Assembly: GCA_016867375.1 (NCBI GenBank)
Contig: VGJQ01000001.1
Coordinates: 21,394-85,393 of the forward strand
Length of the DNA: 64,000 nucleotides
Reading direction: 5' to 3'
Source: Candidatus Kaiserbacteria bacterium
GTDB taxonomy: Bacteria; Patescibacteriota; Minisyncoccia; Phycocordibacterales; UBA2100
Numbering within the stretch: position 1 is the stretch's first letter; each line of letters starts with the position of its first letter. The position numbers and the translations under genes were made by a program. Below are positions 1 through 9,035 of the stretch, one piece after another. The notes under the pieces are model-generated. The model was given only the letters and a program-made list of their open reading frames with translations, had not been told where the DNA came from and searched no databases.

Positions 1-1
1 C

Positions 2-814
2 GATGCAATCAAAAAGACGACCGGCATGATCCTCACTACGGGCCCTACAGGCGCAGGTAAATCGACTACTCTCTATACACTGCTCGATCTCGTCAATACA
101 CCCAATGTAAACATCTCGACCGTCGAAGACCCGATCGAATACCAGATGGCGCGCGTCAACCAGACTCAGGTACGCCCGGATATCGGATTCACCTTTGCCA
201 ACGGTTTGCGTACGCTCGTGCGCCAAGACCCAGACATCATCATGGTGGGCGAAATCCGCGACAAAGAGACGGCCGCACTCGCCGTCAATGCCGCACTCAC
301 CGGTCACCTCGTGCTCTCGACTTTGCACACCAATTCGGCCGCAGGAGCGATCGCGCGCCTCCTTGATATGGGCATCGAGCCCTTCCTCCTCGTATCGACC
401 TTGCGCGTCATCATCGGCCAACGACTCGTACGCAAGATCGCCGGACAAAAAGAACAATACGAGCTCGGAAAAGACGCTCAAGAACAGCTTGCGGAGCTCG
501 TCGATCCGGCCGCTGTGCTCAAAGCACTCAAAAAAGAGCGCATCGTCTCACCGGAGAGCCTCTGGAAAGATCTTCCGTTCTTCCATCCCTCAGAGAGCGA
601 GGGACATGCGGGATACGCCGGACGCATCGGTATCTACGAAGTCTTGCCGGTGACCGCGACCATCAAAGAGCTCATCATGCAAAACGCAACAGGTGACGCG
701 ATCGGGGAGCAGGCACGCAAAGAGGGGATGCTTACCATGGCCGAAGACGGTATCTTCAAGGCAGTACAAGGACTCACCACGATCGAAGAGGTGATGCGTG
801 TGATTACGGAATAA
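2..814 (+). CDS. pilB: Type IV pilus / type II secretion assembly ATPase, GspE/PilB family (5' partial; C-terminal 270 aa present)
   Basis: Walker A motif [10 protein letters not shown], the conserved [17 protein letters not shown] and IMVGEIRD motifs of GspE-family ATPases. The ORF is open to the window edge. Confidence 0.9.
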   Translation, partial: DAIKKTTGMILTTGPTGAGKSTTLYTLLDLVNTPNVNISTVEDPIEYQMARVNQTQVRPDIGFTFANGLRTLVRQDPDIIMVGEIRDKETAALAVNAALTGHLVLSTLHTNSAAGAIARLLDMGIEPFLLVSTLRVIIGQRLVRKIAGQKEQYELGKDAQEQLAELVDPAAVLKALKKERIVSPESLWKDLPFFHPSESEGHAGYAGRIGIYEVLPVTATIKELIMQNATGDAIGEQARKEGMLTMAEDGIFKAVQGLTTIEEVMRVITE

Positions 815-872
815 AAGAAGGATTCAATATCCTTCGATTTGACGAGTGGTACATTTTTGGTACACTTTCCGT

Positions 873-1130
873 ATGGCAACGACAAAACAACGAATACAGG
901 TGACTTTGTCGCCGGCGGCGCGCCGCGCACTATCGATTATCGCCAAAGGGCGCAAGATACCGGCCGGCACACTCGCCTCAAGACTCATCGACGAGGCACT
1001 CGAGATGGAGGAAGATTTTGCGCTTTCAAAAATCGCCGATGAGCGCTTCTCGGCAAAACCGAAACGCTGGCTTACACATGAAGAAGTATGGGGCACACCG
1101 ACTGGACGATCGCGTACCACCCGAAAGTAG
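873..1130 (+). CDS. RelB/DinJ-like antitoxin (ribbon-helix-helix type), start assumed at MATTKQRIQ
   Basis: Small ORF (about 85 aa) immediately upstream of and overlapping a RelE/ParE-like toxin ORF. The N-terminus (TKQRIQVTLSPAARRAL) is typical of RHH antitoxins. Classic 4-codon-style overlapping type II TA arrangement. Confidence 0.55.
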   Translation: MATTKQRIQVTLSPAARRALSIIAKGRKIPAGTLASRLIDEALEMEEDFALSKIADERFSAKPKRWLTHEEVWGTPTGRSRTTRK

Positions 1131-1378
1131 CCGGCGAAGATATCCCGCAGCTGGATGCGCCGATGCGGCGCGATATAGAACGCGCGATCCGCACACGGCT
1201 CACCATTGATCCGTTCACGTTTGGCAAACCGCTCCAGTATTCCCTCAAAGGAGTACGATCATTGCGTGTCGGCGCCTATCGCGTGTTATATATGATCGAA
1301 CGTTCGACCGTCTTTATCGGGGCGATCAAACATCGGTCGATAGCATATCGAGACGGAATCGAGAAGCGGTTTTATTGA
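1088..1378 (+). CDS. relE: RelE/ParE-family type II toxin (mRNA interferase)
   Basis: 96 aa. Shows the RelE/StbE-like pattern (TIAYHPKVAGEDIPQL...RLTIDPFTFGKPL...LKGVRSLRVGAYRVLYMIER). Overlaps the upstream antitoxin ORF. Confidence 0.7.
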   Translation: MGHTDWTIAYHPKVAGEDIPQLDAPMRRDIERAIRTRLTIDPFTFGKPLQYSLKGVRSLRVGAYRVLYMIERSTVFIGAIKHRSIAYRDGIEKRFY

Positions 1379-1593
1379 TAACACACCATACACCGCTGAT
1401 AAAATGCTCGCGAAGTCATGCACCTCTTCTTGAAGCCATGTATCATGGTCCTGGCGATGAGGGGGCGACGTATCATGAGGGCCTTATGGCAAAAGCACAC
1501 CAAATCATCTTCGAACTATTGTGGGGCCGGCTCACCTAGTACTACCCACATCAAACGATAATTGAGATCATATACCACGGTATACTGGAGTAC

Positions 1594-2814
1594 ATGGCTC
1601 ATTTTACGTATACCGCTACGAAAAGCACCGGCGAACCGTATTCTGGTTCGGCGGAAGCAGCTGATCGTTTTGAGCTCTATCAGGCGATCCGTCGCGAGGG
1701 AGGGCATCTGATTTCGGTCAAAGAGGAGGTGGAGAATAAATGGCTCACGCTTGATTATTGGAATCTGCTGGTCGCACGCGTCGGCGAATACGACAAGATC
1801 CTGCTCGCCCGCAATCTCGGCGCTATGCTCGCGGCAGGCCTCTCGCTCACACGCGCACTCGCCGTCATCGAACGCCAATCCAAAAATGCAAAGCTCAAGT
1901 ATGTAGTATCACAGATCGCCGAAGAGGTACGCCGTGGCGACAACTTCAACACGGCACTTTCAAAATTCCCCGGCGTTTTTTCCCCGATTTTCATCGCAAT
2001 GGTCCGCGCCGGAGAAGAGGGAGGCGATCTCACCGGCTCACTCGCCACGGTCGCTGATCAGATGGAGCGCATACATGATCTCAAGAAAAAAATCCGTGGT
2101 GCGATGATCTATCCGTCTATCGTACTGATCGCCATGATTGGCATCAGCTTCCTCATGATGACAGAGGTCGTCCCGACCCTTGCACAAACATTCGAAGAAA
2201 TGAATGCCAAGCTCCCTACCTCGACGCAAATCGTCGTCGGCATCAGCAATGCGCTCCAACATTACACACTGTATGTGCTCATAGGCGCCATAGCGTTTGG
2301 TGCCGGCATCTACGGAATACTGCGGACGCGCCAAGGTCGGCGTGGATATGAGTGGATTCTACTGCATATGCCGATCATCAATACGCTGGTGCGTGAAGTC
2401 AATGCAGCGCGCACCGCACGCACACTCGCCTCACTGCTCTCCGCAGGTGTAGATGTAATCACCGCACTCTCCATTTCCTCCGAGATCGTCCAAAACTCCT
2501 ACTTCCGCGATGTCATCGACGATGCGACGAAGGCAGTCCGCGCAGGAGAACCGCTCTCGACCACCTTTGCGCGCAACGAAGACCTCTATCCGGCATTCGT
2601 CGGGGAGATGATGATGGTCGGAGAAGAGACGGGTGCCACCGCCGACATGCTCAAACGCCTCGCGCTCTATTATGAGATGGAGGTCGATCGCAAGACCAAA
2701 GACATGTCCACGATCATTGAGCCGTTCCTCACGCTCCTCATCGGCGGCGGCGTCGGCTTTTTCGCGGTGTCGATGATCACGCCGATCTACCAGATGACCG
2801 AAAAAATTGGCTAA
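1594..2814 (+). CDS. pilC: Type IV pilus assembly inner-membrane platform protein PilC/GspF
   Basis: 406 aa with two GspF-type repeats. The N-terminus resembles PilC (FxYxAxxxxGExxxGxxEA...). Polytopic with hydrophobic helices. Lies downstream of pilB. Confidence 0.9.
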   Translation: MAHFTYTATKSTGEPYSGSAEAADRFELYQAIRREGGHLISVKEEVENKWLTLDYWNLLVARVGEYDKILLARNLGAMLAAGLSLTRALAVIERQSKNAKLKYVVSQIAEEVRRGDNFNTALSKFPGVFSPIFIAMVRAGEEGGDLTGSLATVADQMERIHDLKKKIRGAMIYPSIVLIAMIGISFLMMTEVVPTLAQTFEEMNAKLPTSTQIVVGISNALQHYTLYVLIGAIAFGAGIYGILRTRQGRRGYEWILLHMPIINTLVREVNAARTARTLASLLSAGVDVITALSISSEIVQNSYFRDVIDDATKAVRAGEPLSTTFARNEDLYPAFVGEMMMVGEETGATADMLKRLALYYEMEVDRKTKDMSTIIEPFLTLLIGGGVGFFAVSMITPIYQMTEKIG

Positions 2815-2870
2815 GGCACAGCAGGGTACAGGGCCCGGTGTCCTCCAAGCGGTTATGGTACAATCCGCAC

Positions 2871-3623
2871 ATGCAATGGCTCGTGGTCGCAAATTGGAAG
2901 ATGAACCCGGGGACGGCCGCCGCGGCACTCTCGCTTTTCGAGGCAACGAAGAAAGCATCCGAAAAAGCGCGTAATGCGACCATCATCATCGCCCCTCCGG
3001 CGATTTTCTTGCCTCGCTTGCGCACGTCGTATCGCGGAAAAAAGGTCCAATTCGGCATCCAGCACGGACATTTCGAGCACAGCGGCTCCTATACCGGCGA
3101 GATATCGCTCACGCAGGCGAAAGATGCGGGTGCCTCATGGGCAATCATCGGCCACGCCGAACGCCGCGCAGTGGGAGAGACCGACGAAGATGTCTGTAAA
3201 CAGGTCGTCAGAGCACTTACCCTAAAAATGACGCCGATTCTCTGTATCGGTGAAAAAGTGCGCAGTGCCTCGGGCGATCACCTGCACTTTATAAAAGAGC
3301 AACTCAGGATAGGACTTGCCGACGTGTCTCCCGCAAAGCTCGGAAAAATAGTGATCGCGTACGAGCCAGTATGGGCGATCGGCGCCGCGGAAGCCATGCA
3401 GCCGCGCGACATGCACGAAATGGCGATCTTTATACGCAAAACGATCGTCGATACCCATGGTAAGCCCGGCCTTTCTGTAAAAATACTTTACGGTGGCTCA
3501 ATCGACGAGACCAATGCAGGAGCGATGCTTCGGGAAGGGGATGTGCAGGGCCTTCTCGTCGGGCGCGCCTCGGCGGATGCTGCACAATTTGCACACCTTG
3601 TGAGCGCAATTGAAAAAGCATAG
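2871..3623 (+). CDS. tpiA: Triosephosphate isomerase
   Basis: N-terminal VVANWKMN motif, the catalytic AIIGHAERR and VIAYEPVWAIG motifs, and YGGS. The start was chosen at the MQWLVVANWKMN methionine rather than the upstream ATG. Confidence 0.9.
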   Translation: MQWLVVANWKMNPGTAAAALSLFEATKKASEKARNATIIIAPPAIFLPRLRTSYRGKKVQFGIQHGHFEHSGSYTGEISLTQAKDAGASWAIIGHAERRAVGETDEDVCKQVVRALTLKMTPILCIGEKVRSASGDHLHFIKEQLRIGLADVSPAKLGKIVIAYEPVWAIGAAEAMQPRDMHEMAIFIRKTIVDTHGKPGLSVKILYGGSIDETNAGAMLREGDVQGLLVGRASADAAQFAHLVSAIEKA

Positions 3624-3685
3624 TTCCCGTTAGAAATCAGACACCACAAACATAATGCGTATGAACATTACCTATCGTTTCTAAC

Positions 3686-4819
3686 GTGATGAAATACCTA
3701 ACCGACATTCCATCAGACACTCTCTCCGGCACGTACGTCCTCGTCCGCGCTGGTCTTGATGTGCCACTCGACGAGCATGGCGATGTCGCCGATCTTTTTC
3801 GCGTAGAGCGCGCGGCACAGACGATCCGCTACCTGCGCGACCGCGGCGCCAAAGTGATCGTCATGTCCCATATCGGCCGCGACCCGGAGACCACCAATGA
3901 AGCGGTTGCTCGGGCCCTCAAAGCTCATGTACCCGTCTTCTACGTCCCTGACATCGTAGGGGTACAGGCCCAACATGCGCGCAGGAGTATGAAAAACGGC
4001 GACGTGCTCCTTTTGGAAAATCTCCGCACCGACCCGCGCGAGACTGCCAACGATCCGGGATTCGCGCAAGAGCTCGCCGCACTCGGCGATGTGTATGTCG
4101 ACGACGCGTTTTCAGTCGCACACCGCGCACACGCCTCGATCGTCGGTGTCCCTCGACACATTCCTGGCTATGCGGGAATCCTCGTATGCGAGGAGATCGA
4201 GCGCCTCAAGGAGGCACGTACGCCCGCCTCACCCAATGTCGCGATCCTCGCGGGGGCCAAATTTGAGACAAAAGAACCCCTCATCAAGCTCCTCCTTGAG
4301 ACCTACGATCACGTCTTCGTGGCCGGGGCCTTGGCCAACGACATCTTCAAGGCACGCGGCCTCGCCGTCGGCACCTCGCTCATTTCCGAAGGTGTGCCTG
4401 GTCTCGATGTGCTCCAACATCCAAAGCTTCTCGTGCCTGTCGACGTCACCGTCGAACGTCCCGACAAACAGGCGCATGTGAAAAAAGCGACCGAAGTCGA
4501 TGCTGATGAGCGCATCGTCGATATGGGACCCGATTCACTCGGCCTTCTCGCACCACTCGTCGCATCTGCAAAATTCATCCTCTGGAACGGTCCGACGGGC
4601 ATGTACGATCACGGATACGGCACCTGGACAGATCGCGTCGCAGAAATGATCGCGCGCTCAGATGCGCAGGCGGTCCTCGGCGGAGGAGACACCGTCGCCG
4701 CGATCCAGCAGGCCCACACCCAATTGAACGAGCGTATTTTCCTCTCGACCGGCGGCGGTGCCATGCTCGAGTATCTGACCAAAGGTACGCTGCCGGGCAT
4801 TGAGGTATTGACTCAATAG
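3686..4819 (+). CDS. pgk: Phosphoglycerate kinase
   Basis: 377 aa with PGK signatures (LLLENLR, FVAGALAND, STGGGAMLE). Confidence 0.95.
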   Translation: MMKYLTDIPSDTLSGTYVLVRAGLDVPLDEHGDVADLFRVERAAQTIRYLRDRGAKVIVMSHIGRDPETTNEAVARALKAHVPVFYVPDIVGVQAQHARRSMKNGDVLLLENLRTDPRETANDPGFAQELAALGDVYVDDAFSVAHRAHASIVGVPRHIPGYAGILVCEEIERLKEARTPASPNVAILAGAKFETKEPLIKLLLETYDHVFVAGALANDIFKARGLAVGTSLISEGVPGLDVLQHPKLLVPVDVTVERPDKQAHVKKATEVDADERIVDMGPDSLGLLAPLVASAKFILWNGPTGMYDHGYGTWTDRVAEMIARSDAQAVLGGGDTVAAIQQAHTQLNERIFLSTGGGAMLEYLTKGTLPGIEVLTQ

Positions 4820-4871
4820 ATACGTTTGATAAAAAGACGCGAGAGCCCAATAGGCTCATCTGGAGGAAGAA

Positions 4872-5030
4872 ATGCGCGTAACCTCGGACCTCAAAAAATT
4901 CGTTGATGAGTTGCTACCCGCAATCGTTCGGGACATCAAGATAGGCGCACTGATCGTCGCTGGATTTTTGACGCTCTTGGCAATTCTTCTAATTGCGGAT
5001 GCAATATGGAGAATGTTTCCGTCGCACTAG
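4872..5030 (+). CDS. Candidate small membrane protein (52 aa)
   Basis: GGAGGAAG ribosome-binding site 3 nt upstream of the ATG. A single hydrophobic helix (IGALIVAGFLTLLAILLIA). Followed by a hairpin terminator. Below the 60-aa ORF-track cutoff. Confidence 0.3.
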   Translation: MRVTSDLKKFVDELLPAIVRDIKIGALIVAGFLTLLAILLIADAIWRMFPSH

Positions 5031-5042
5031 ACGTGCGCACAA

Positions 5043-5068
5043 CTCCCGCAAGAAATTGCGGGAGTTTT
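5043..5068. terminator. Rho-independent terminator-like hairpin (ctcccgcaa-gaaa-ttgcgggag plus T-run), between convergent genes
   Basis: Perfect 9-bp stem followed by TTTT. Sits between the plus-strand small ORF and the stop of the minus-strand HIT gene. Confidence 0.6.
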
Positions 5069-5474
5069 ATATGTGGGCGGCAATTTTTCCTCGCACCGTT
5101 TCCGCTTCGCCCTCCCTATATGCACCATGTGGCCAGAGCTTGAGGCCGTCTCCGCGATAGCGGGGGATAAGGTGCATGTGGGGATGCTCAATGATCTGTC
5201 CGGCATGCTCGCGATTGTTCATCATGAGATTGACGCCATCAGCCTGCAGCGACTCCTCGATCGCGATCGCGACTTTGCGCACGGACTCAGAGACCGCACC
5301 CCAGCTCTCCGGAGCAATATCAAAAATATTCATCGCATGCGCCTTGGGTACGACGAGCGTATGTCCCGACGTGACCGGATGAATGTCGAGAAAAGCAAGC
5401 GTGTGCTCATCCTCATACACCGTGAAACTCGGTATCTCACCGCGCACTATTTTGCAAAAAAGACAATCCTGCAT
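5067..5474 (-). CDS. HIT-family (histidine triad) nucleotide hydrolase
   Basis: 135 aa with the HIT motif HPHMHLIPR and an N-terminal CLFCKIV zinc-binding segment. Confidence 0.85.
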   Translation of the reverse strand: MQDCLFCKIVRGEIPSFTVYEDEHTLAFLDIHPVTSGHTLVVPKAHAMNIFDIAPESWGAVSESVRKVAIAIEESLQADGVNLMMNNREHAGQIIEHPHMHLIPRYRGDGLKLWPHGAYREGEAETVRGKIAAHI

Positions 5475-5510
5475 AGATACCCAATTATACCAATATCACA
5501 CCACATCGCA

Positions 5511-5550
5511 CACTTGTTTATAGTTCGCGGCCGCGAACTATAAACAAGTG
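5511..5550. promoter_or_regulatory. 40-bp perfect palindrome cacttgtttatagttcgcggccgcgaactataaacaagtg (copy 1)
   Basis: Perfect dyad symmetry. Lies 36 bp downstream of the PaaX-like gene stop and 27 nt upstream of a TGgTATAAT extended -10 preceding the HIT gene start. A near-identical copy lies upstream of the PaaX-like gene. Confidence 0.6.
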
Positions 5551-5585
5551 CCTCATAATACAACGTTCACATTGTTTGCATTCTC

Positions 5586-6206
5586 TTAATCCAGTGGTAA
5601 GCCGAAGTGCTTACGGAGTGGTCGATCATATTCGACCGCATCGGCAATAAGGTATAGGAGGTTGGTACCGATGCACAGATTCGACTTGAGTAGAGCGATC
5701 ACTTCTTCGCAGTCATACGGATAGACCCACACACTATGTTGCAGTCGTAAGAAGCCAAGGTGGCGGACAAGGTATCGGATATGGTCACGCTGCGCTTTTC
5801 GTTTCTCCGGTATGTCAAAGATGACGATGCGCCAGCGACGATCCCACCGTTTTGGCTTGACGATAGATTTTATGCGACTCAGCTCCGCTTCCAAAAAATC
5901 CTTCCCCTTGTCAGTGATGCACATGCGCTTGCGGCCATTTTCATATCGGAACTCGACCAAACCCTTTCGTTTAAGACGCGAAGCCGTTTCATGGAGGCGC
6001 TGACGTGGGTCGGAAGGAAGGATCATATCGAGATGCTCGTTTTTCACGAGCGACAACACTTTTGGCGCCGCCATGGCCACTGTAAGAAGCCCTCCAGTGA
6101 CCAGCGTACCTAAAAGAACCTTCTCGAGTGCACCACGGCGAGCACGCTTCCTGACAACTCCCTCTAGGGTGAGAGTGGATACATTTTTACCGGGTAGTCT
6201 TTTCAT
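5586..6206 (-). CDS. PaaX-family-like transcriptional regulator (winged-HTH plus C-terminal Cas2-like/PaaX_C-type domain), with an N-terminal hydrophobic segment
   Basis: wHTH-like segment ASRLKRKGLVEFRYENGRKRMCITDKGKDFL. C-terminal WDRRWRIVIFDIPE...LGFLRLQHSVWVYP pattern as in PaaX C-terminal domains. The family assignment is by motif recall only. Confidence 0.5.
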   Translation of the reverse strand: MKRLPGKNVSTLTLEGVVRKRARRGALEKVLLGTLVTGGLLTVAMAAPKVLSLVKNEHLDMILPSDPRQRLHETASRLKRKGLVEFRYENGRKRMCITDKGKDFLEAELSRIKSIVKPKRWDRRWRIVIFDIPEKRKAQRDHIRYLVRHLGFLRLQHSVWVYPYDCEEVIALLKSNLCIGTNLLYLIADAVEYDRPLRKHFGLPLD

Positions 6207-6227
6207 AATGCAATGCGGAGATTATAG

Positions 6228-6267
6228 CACTTGTTTACAGTTCGCGGCCGCGAATTGTAAACAAGTG
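6228..6267. promoter_or_regulatory. 40-bp near-perfect palindrome cacttgtttacagttcgcggccgcgaattgtaaacaagtg (copy 2)
   Basis: One mismatch from perfect dyad symmetry. Its end, ...aacaaGTG, runs directly into cTATAAT (an extended -10), about 10 nt before the ATG of the PaaX-like gene on the minus strand. Confidence 0.6.
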
Positions 6268-6445
6268 TTAGCGCGTCTATAGCACCGTTTATTGACTCAG
6301 ACCAAAGTGTTCGGCGAGGCGATAGAGTTTTTGGGAGATCTTTTAAAAGACCTCCTTTACCATATGTGGATCTGAAAATACCATAGCACACTGTTTCAAT
6401 CTGTCCATTGAACTCCAATTAGGTCACGATGCTACAATCATTGCG

Positions 6446-8143
6446 ATGAACGATGTTGGTATATCAGACCTCGTGCGTACACTGCTTGCCAAACGCGGTG
6501 TTGAATCAGAAGAAGACGTCGCCGCGTTTCTTTCTCCCGATTACGATGCACACACGCATGCGCCGGAATTATTGCACGACATGAAGATCGCAGTCGACCG
6601 CATCTTGAAAGCGATCGAGAACAACGAGCGGATTGCATTCTATACCGACTTCGATTGTGACGGGATTCCCGGAGCGGCGATTCTGTCGGACTTTTTTGCA
6701 AAAATAAAATACGACAATGTCGAAGTATATATTCCACATCGCGACAGGGAAGGATACGGCTTCCATGTCGCAGCGATCGAGCAGCTCGCTGCACGCGATG
6801 TGAAGGTGATCATCACTGTCGACGTCGGCACGGTCGCGCGCGAAGGATGTGCAGCCGCTCACGCATTGGGGATCGACGTCATCGTGACCGATCATCACGA
6901 AATCATCGGGGAGCGCCCCGCATGCTTGGCACTCGTGAATCCAAAGATTGCACCCTACCCGTTTGGCGGACTCTGCGGGGCGGCGACCGCATTCAAGCTC
7001 GTGCAAGCCACACTCGCCGAAGGGAAGCGGCGCGGACTCGAATCGTTCACGTCGATTCCCGATGGATGGGAAAAGTGGCTTCTTGATCTCGTCGCGATTG
7101 CGACCGTCGCGGACATGATGCCGCTCGTCGGCGAAAATCGCACGCTCGTACATTGGGGCCTCAAGGTGCTGCGCAAATCCGCTCGCCCCGGGATCGACGC
7201 CTTGTGCGCGGCGGCGCGCATCCGCAAAAGCGAGCTCACTGAAGATGATATTGGATTCACCATCGCACCTCGTGTGAATGCCGCTTCACGTATGGATGAG
7301 CCGAATCTCGCACTCAAACTCCTCACGACCCGTGACCGCGATGAGGCACAGTACCTCGCTGCGCAGCTCGAGCACCTCAACGCGAGCCGCAAGGGCGTCG
7401 TCGCAGGGATCGTAAAAAACGCGCGCAAGCACGTGGCCGCCCGCTATGGCGAAGGCGATAAAGTCGTCGTACTCGGCGACACAGCGTGGAAGCCCTCCCT
7501 CCTCGGGCTCGCCGCAAATTCGATCATGAACGATCGCGGCGGCATCGTGTGCTTGTGGGGCCGCGACGCACATGGAAAACTCAAAGGCTCGTGCCGCTCC
7601 GATGGCGAGATCAGTCTGGTGGACCTTTTTACCCATGCGCGCGACGTGTTTGAAGAGTGCGGCGGACATGCAGCATCGGGCGGATTCTCCGTTTCACACG
7701 AGCACGTACACACGCTTCCTGAGGCGCTTGCGCGCACCGTTTCACAGATTCAGTCCGATATGTCTGCGGACCCAAAGGCAAGCAACGCACCAGATCATGA
7801 CTCCATCATTACATTACGGGAAGCTTCTTGGGCGCTTTTCAAAGACATCTCGCTTCTCTCTCCATTTGGTATAAGCAACACGAAGCCCGTGTTTCGAATT
7901 TCGACCGTGACGATCCGATCAGTGCGACAATTTGGAAAAGAAAATAATCATGTCGAACTCCAACTCATAGAAGAGCGGACCAACGCGGCCGCGCGTGCAT
8001 TTCAATTCTTCAAAACCGCTGAAGATTTTTCACACACGCCCCGCGTAGGTGACACCGTGCACGTACTCGCCACACTGGAGCGCGACACCTTCCGTGGAGA
8101 GACCGCGACGTGCCTCCGCGTGATCGACATCCTCTCCGCGTAA
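6446..8143 (+). CDS. recJ: Single-stranded-DNA-specific exonuclease RecJ
   Basis: 565 aa with DHH family motifs (DFDCDGI, VTDHHE) and the DHHA1 region. A TACAAT -10 box lies about 9 nt upstream of the ATG (possible short leader). Confidence 0.9.
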   Translation: MNDVGISDLVRTLLAKRGVESEEDVAAFLSPDYDAHTHAPELLHDMKIAVDRILKAIENNERIAFYTDFDCDGIPGAAILSDFFAKIKYDNVEVYIPHRDREGYGFHVAAIEQLAARDVKVIITVDVGTVAREGCAAAHALGIDVIVTDHHEIIGERPACLALVNPKIAPYPFGGLCGAATAFKLVQATLAEGKRRGLESFTSIPDGWEKWLLDLVAIATVADMMPLVGENRTLVHWGLKVLRKSARPGIDALCAAARIRKSELTEDDIGFTIAPRVNAASRMDEPNLALKLLTTRDRDEAQYLAAQLEHLNASRKGVVAGIVKNARKHVAARYGEGDKVVVLGDTAWKPSLLGLAANSIMNDRGGIVCLWGRDAHGKLKGSCRSDGEISLVDLFTHARDVFEECGGHAASGGFSVSHEHVHTLPEALARTVSQIQSDMSADPKASNAPDHDSIITLREASWALFKDISLLSPFGISNTKPVFRISTVTIRSVRQFGKENNHVELQLIEERTNAAARAFQFFKTAEDFSHTPRVGDTVHVLATLERDTFRGETATCLRVIDILSA

Positions 8144-8155
8144 AAACGCCGAGGT

Positions 8156-8320
8156 GCGGCAACCCGGGCTGCAGTGCACATTTCAACTGTTCGAGCACAG
8201 CATACATCATGTCATCACCGGACCCGAAGCCCAGCAATTCTCTGATTGAAGAGTGGAAAGCGGGCGAGTTTTGAAACGTGCACTGCAGCCCGGGTTGCCG
8301 CGCCCAAAGGACAATCCACA
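8156..8320 (+). repeat. Long-stem hairpin element, family 1, copy A (31-bp closing stem with 1 mismatch, about 100-nt loop)
   Basis: The arms gcggcaacccgggctgcagtgcacatttcaa and ttgaaacgtgcactgcagcccgggttgccgc pair. The loop carries ctgttcgagcacagca...cggacccgaagcccag...gcgggcgagt, which is shared with copy B. Confidence 0.75.
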
Positions 8321-8365
8321 TGCTTCATTTTCCCCACGCCATCTCCATGATAGCGTTATATATGT

Positions 8366-9031
8366 ATGAATACCTTTTCACCGAGTTCGTCATTACAATT
8401 TGGTTGGCACACTTTTAAAAAGCGCGGGTGGTTTTTGGTCGGCAGCACCCTTCTGATGCTTGTGATCTTTTGGATGATTAGTGCGATCCAAAGTGCACCA
8501 CAGGACAACGCCGGGGTAGGACTCCTGATTTTTCTCGCGACCACTACAGCGTCGACTTTCGCGAGCATGGGCCTCACCGCGTTCTTCATCCGCGCGCATG
8601 ATGACGTCATGCATGTATCGCTCAATGAACTGTGGCACCCACAGCAGTTTTGGCAATTCCTCGCCGTGTCGATCCTGGTCGGCATCGCGAGCGTCATAGG
8701 CTTGATACTACTCATCATTCCCGGCCTCATCCTCATCACCATGTTTGCGTTTGCTAAGCTTCTCGTGATCGATCGTGCCATGGGTCCGATCGATGCGATG
8801 AAGGAAAGCATGCGCCTCACCAAAGGCAGTCGACTCAAGTTGTTCTTGCTCTTACTCGCGCTTCTTGTCATCAATATCCTCGGCGCTTTGACGCTGCTCA
8901 TCGGCCTACTCGTCACGATTCCCGTGAGCATGCTCGCGCTCACGCATGCATATCGCTCGCTTTCGCACAAAGGCACGCACCACCCCAACACGACACAGCT
9001 TCCGCACGCGCCGAATACATCTGCGATATAA
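8366..9031 (+). CDS. Polytopic membrane protein (DUF975-like)
   Basis: 221 aa with about 5 predicted transmembrane helices. No catalytic motif recognised. Confidence 0.5.
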   Translation: MNTFSPSSSLQFGWHTFKKRGWFLVGSTLLMLVIFWMISAIQSAPQDNAGVGLLIFLATTTASTFASMGLTAFFIRAHDDVMHVSLNELWHPQQFWQFLAVSILVGIASVIGLILLIIPGLILITMFAFAKLLVIDRAMGPIDAMKESMRLTKGSRLKLFLLLLALLVINILGALTLLIGLLVTIPVSMLALTHAYRSLSHKGTHHPNTTQLPHAPNTSAI

Positions 9032-9035
9032 TCGG

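Noticed and set aside
8010-8321. ORFs running through hairpin element A (8010-8321 minus strand; 9433-9684 plus strand for element B)
   Set aside because: They are generated by the long inverted repeats. A possible 21-aa peptide inside loop A is not frame-conserved in loop B (the spacer differs by 2 nt), so a conserved coding function of the loop was rejected.
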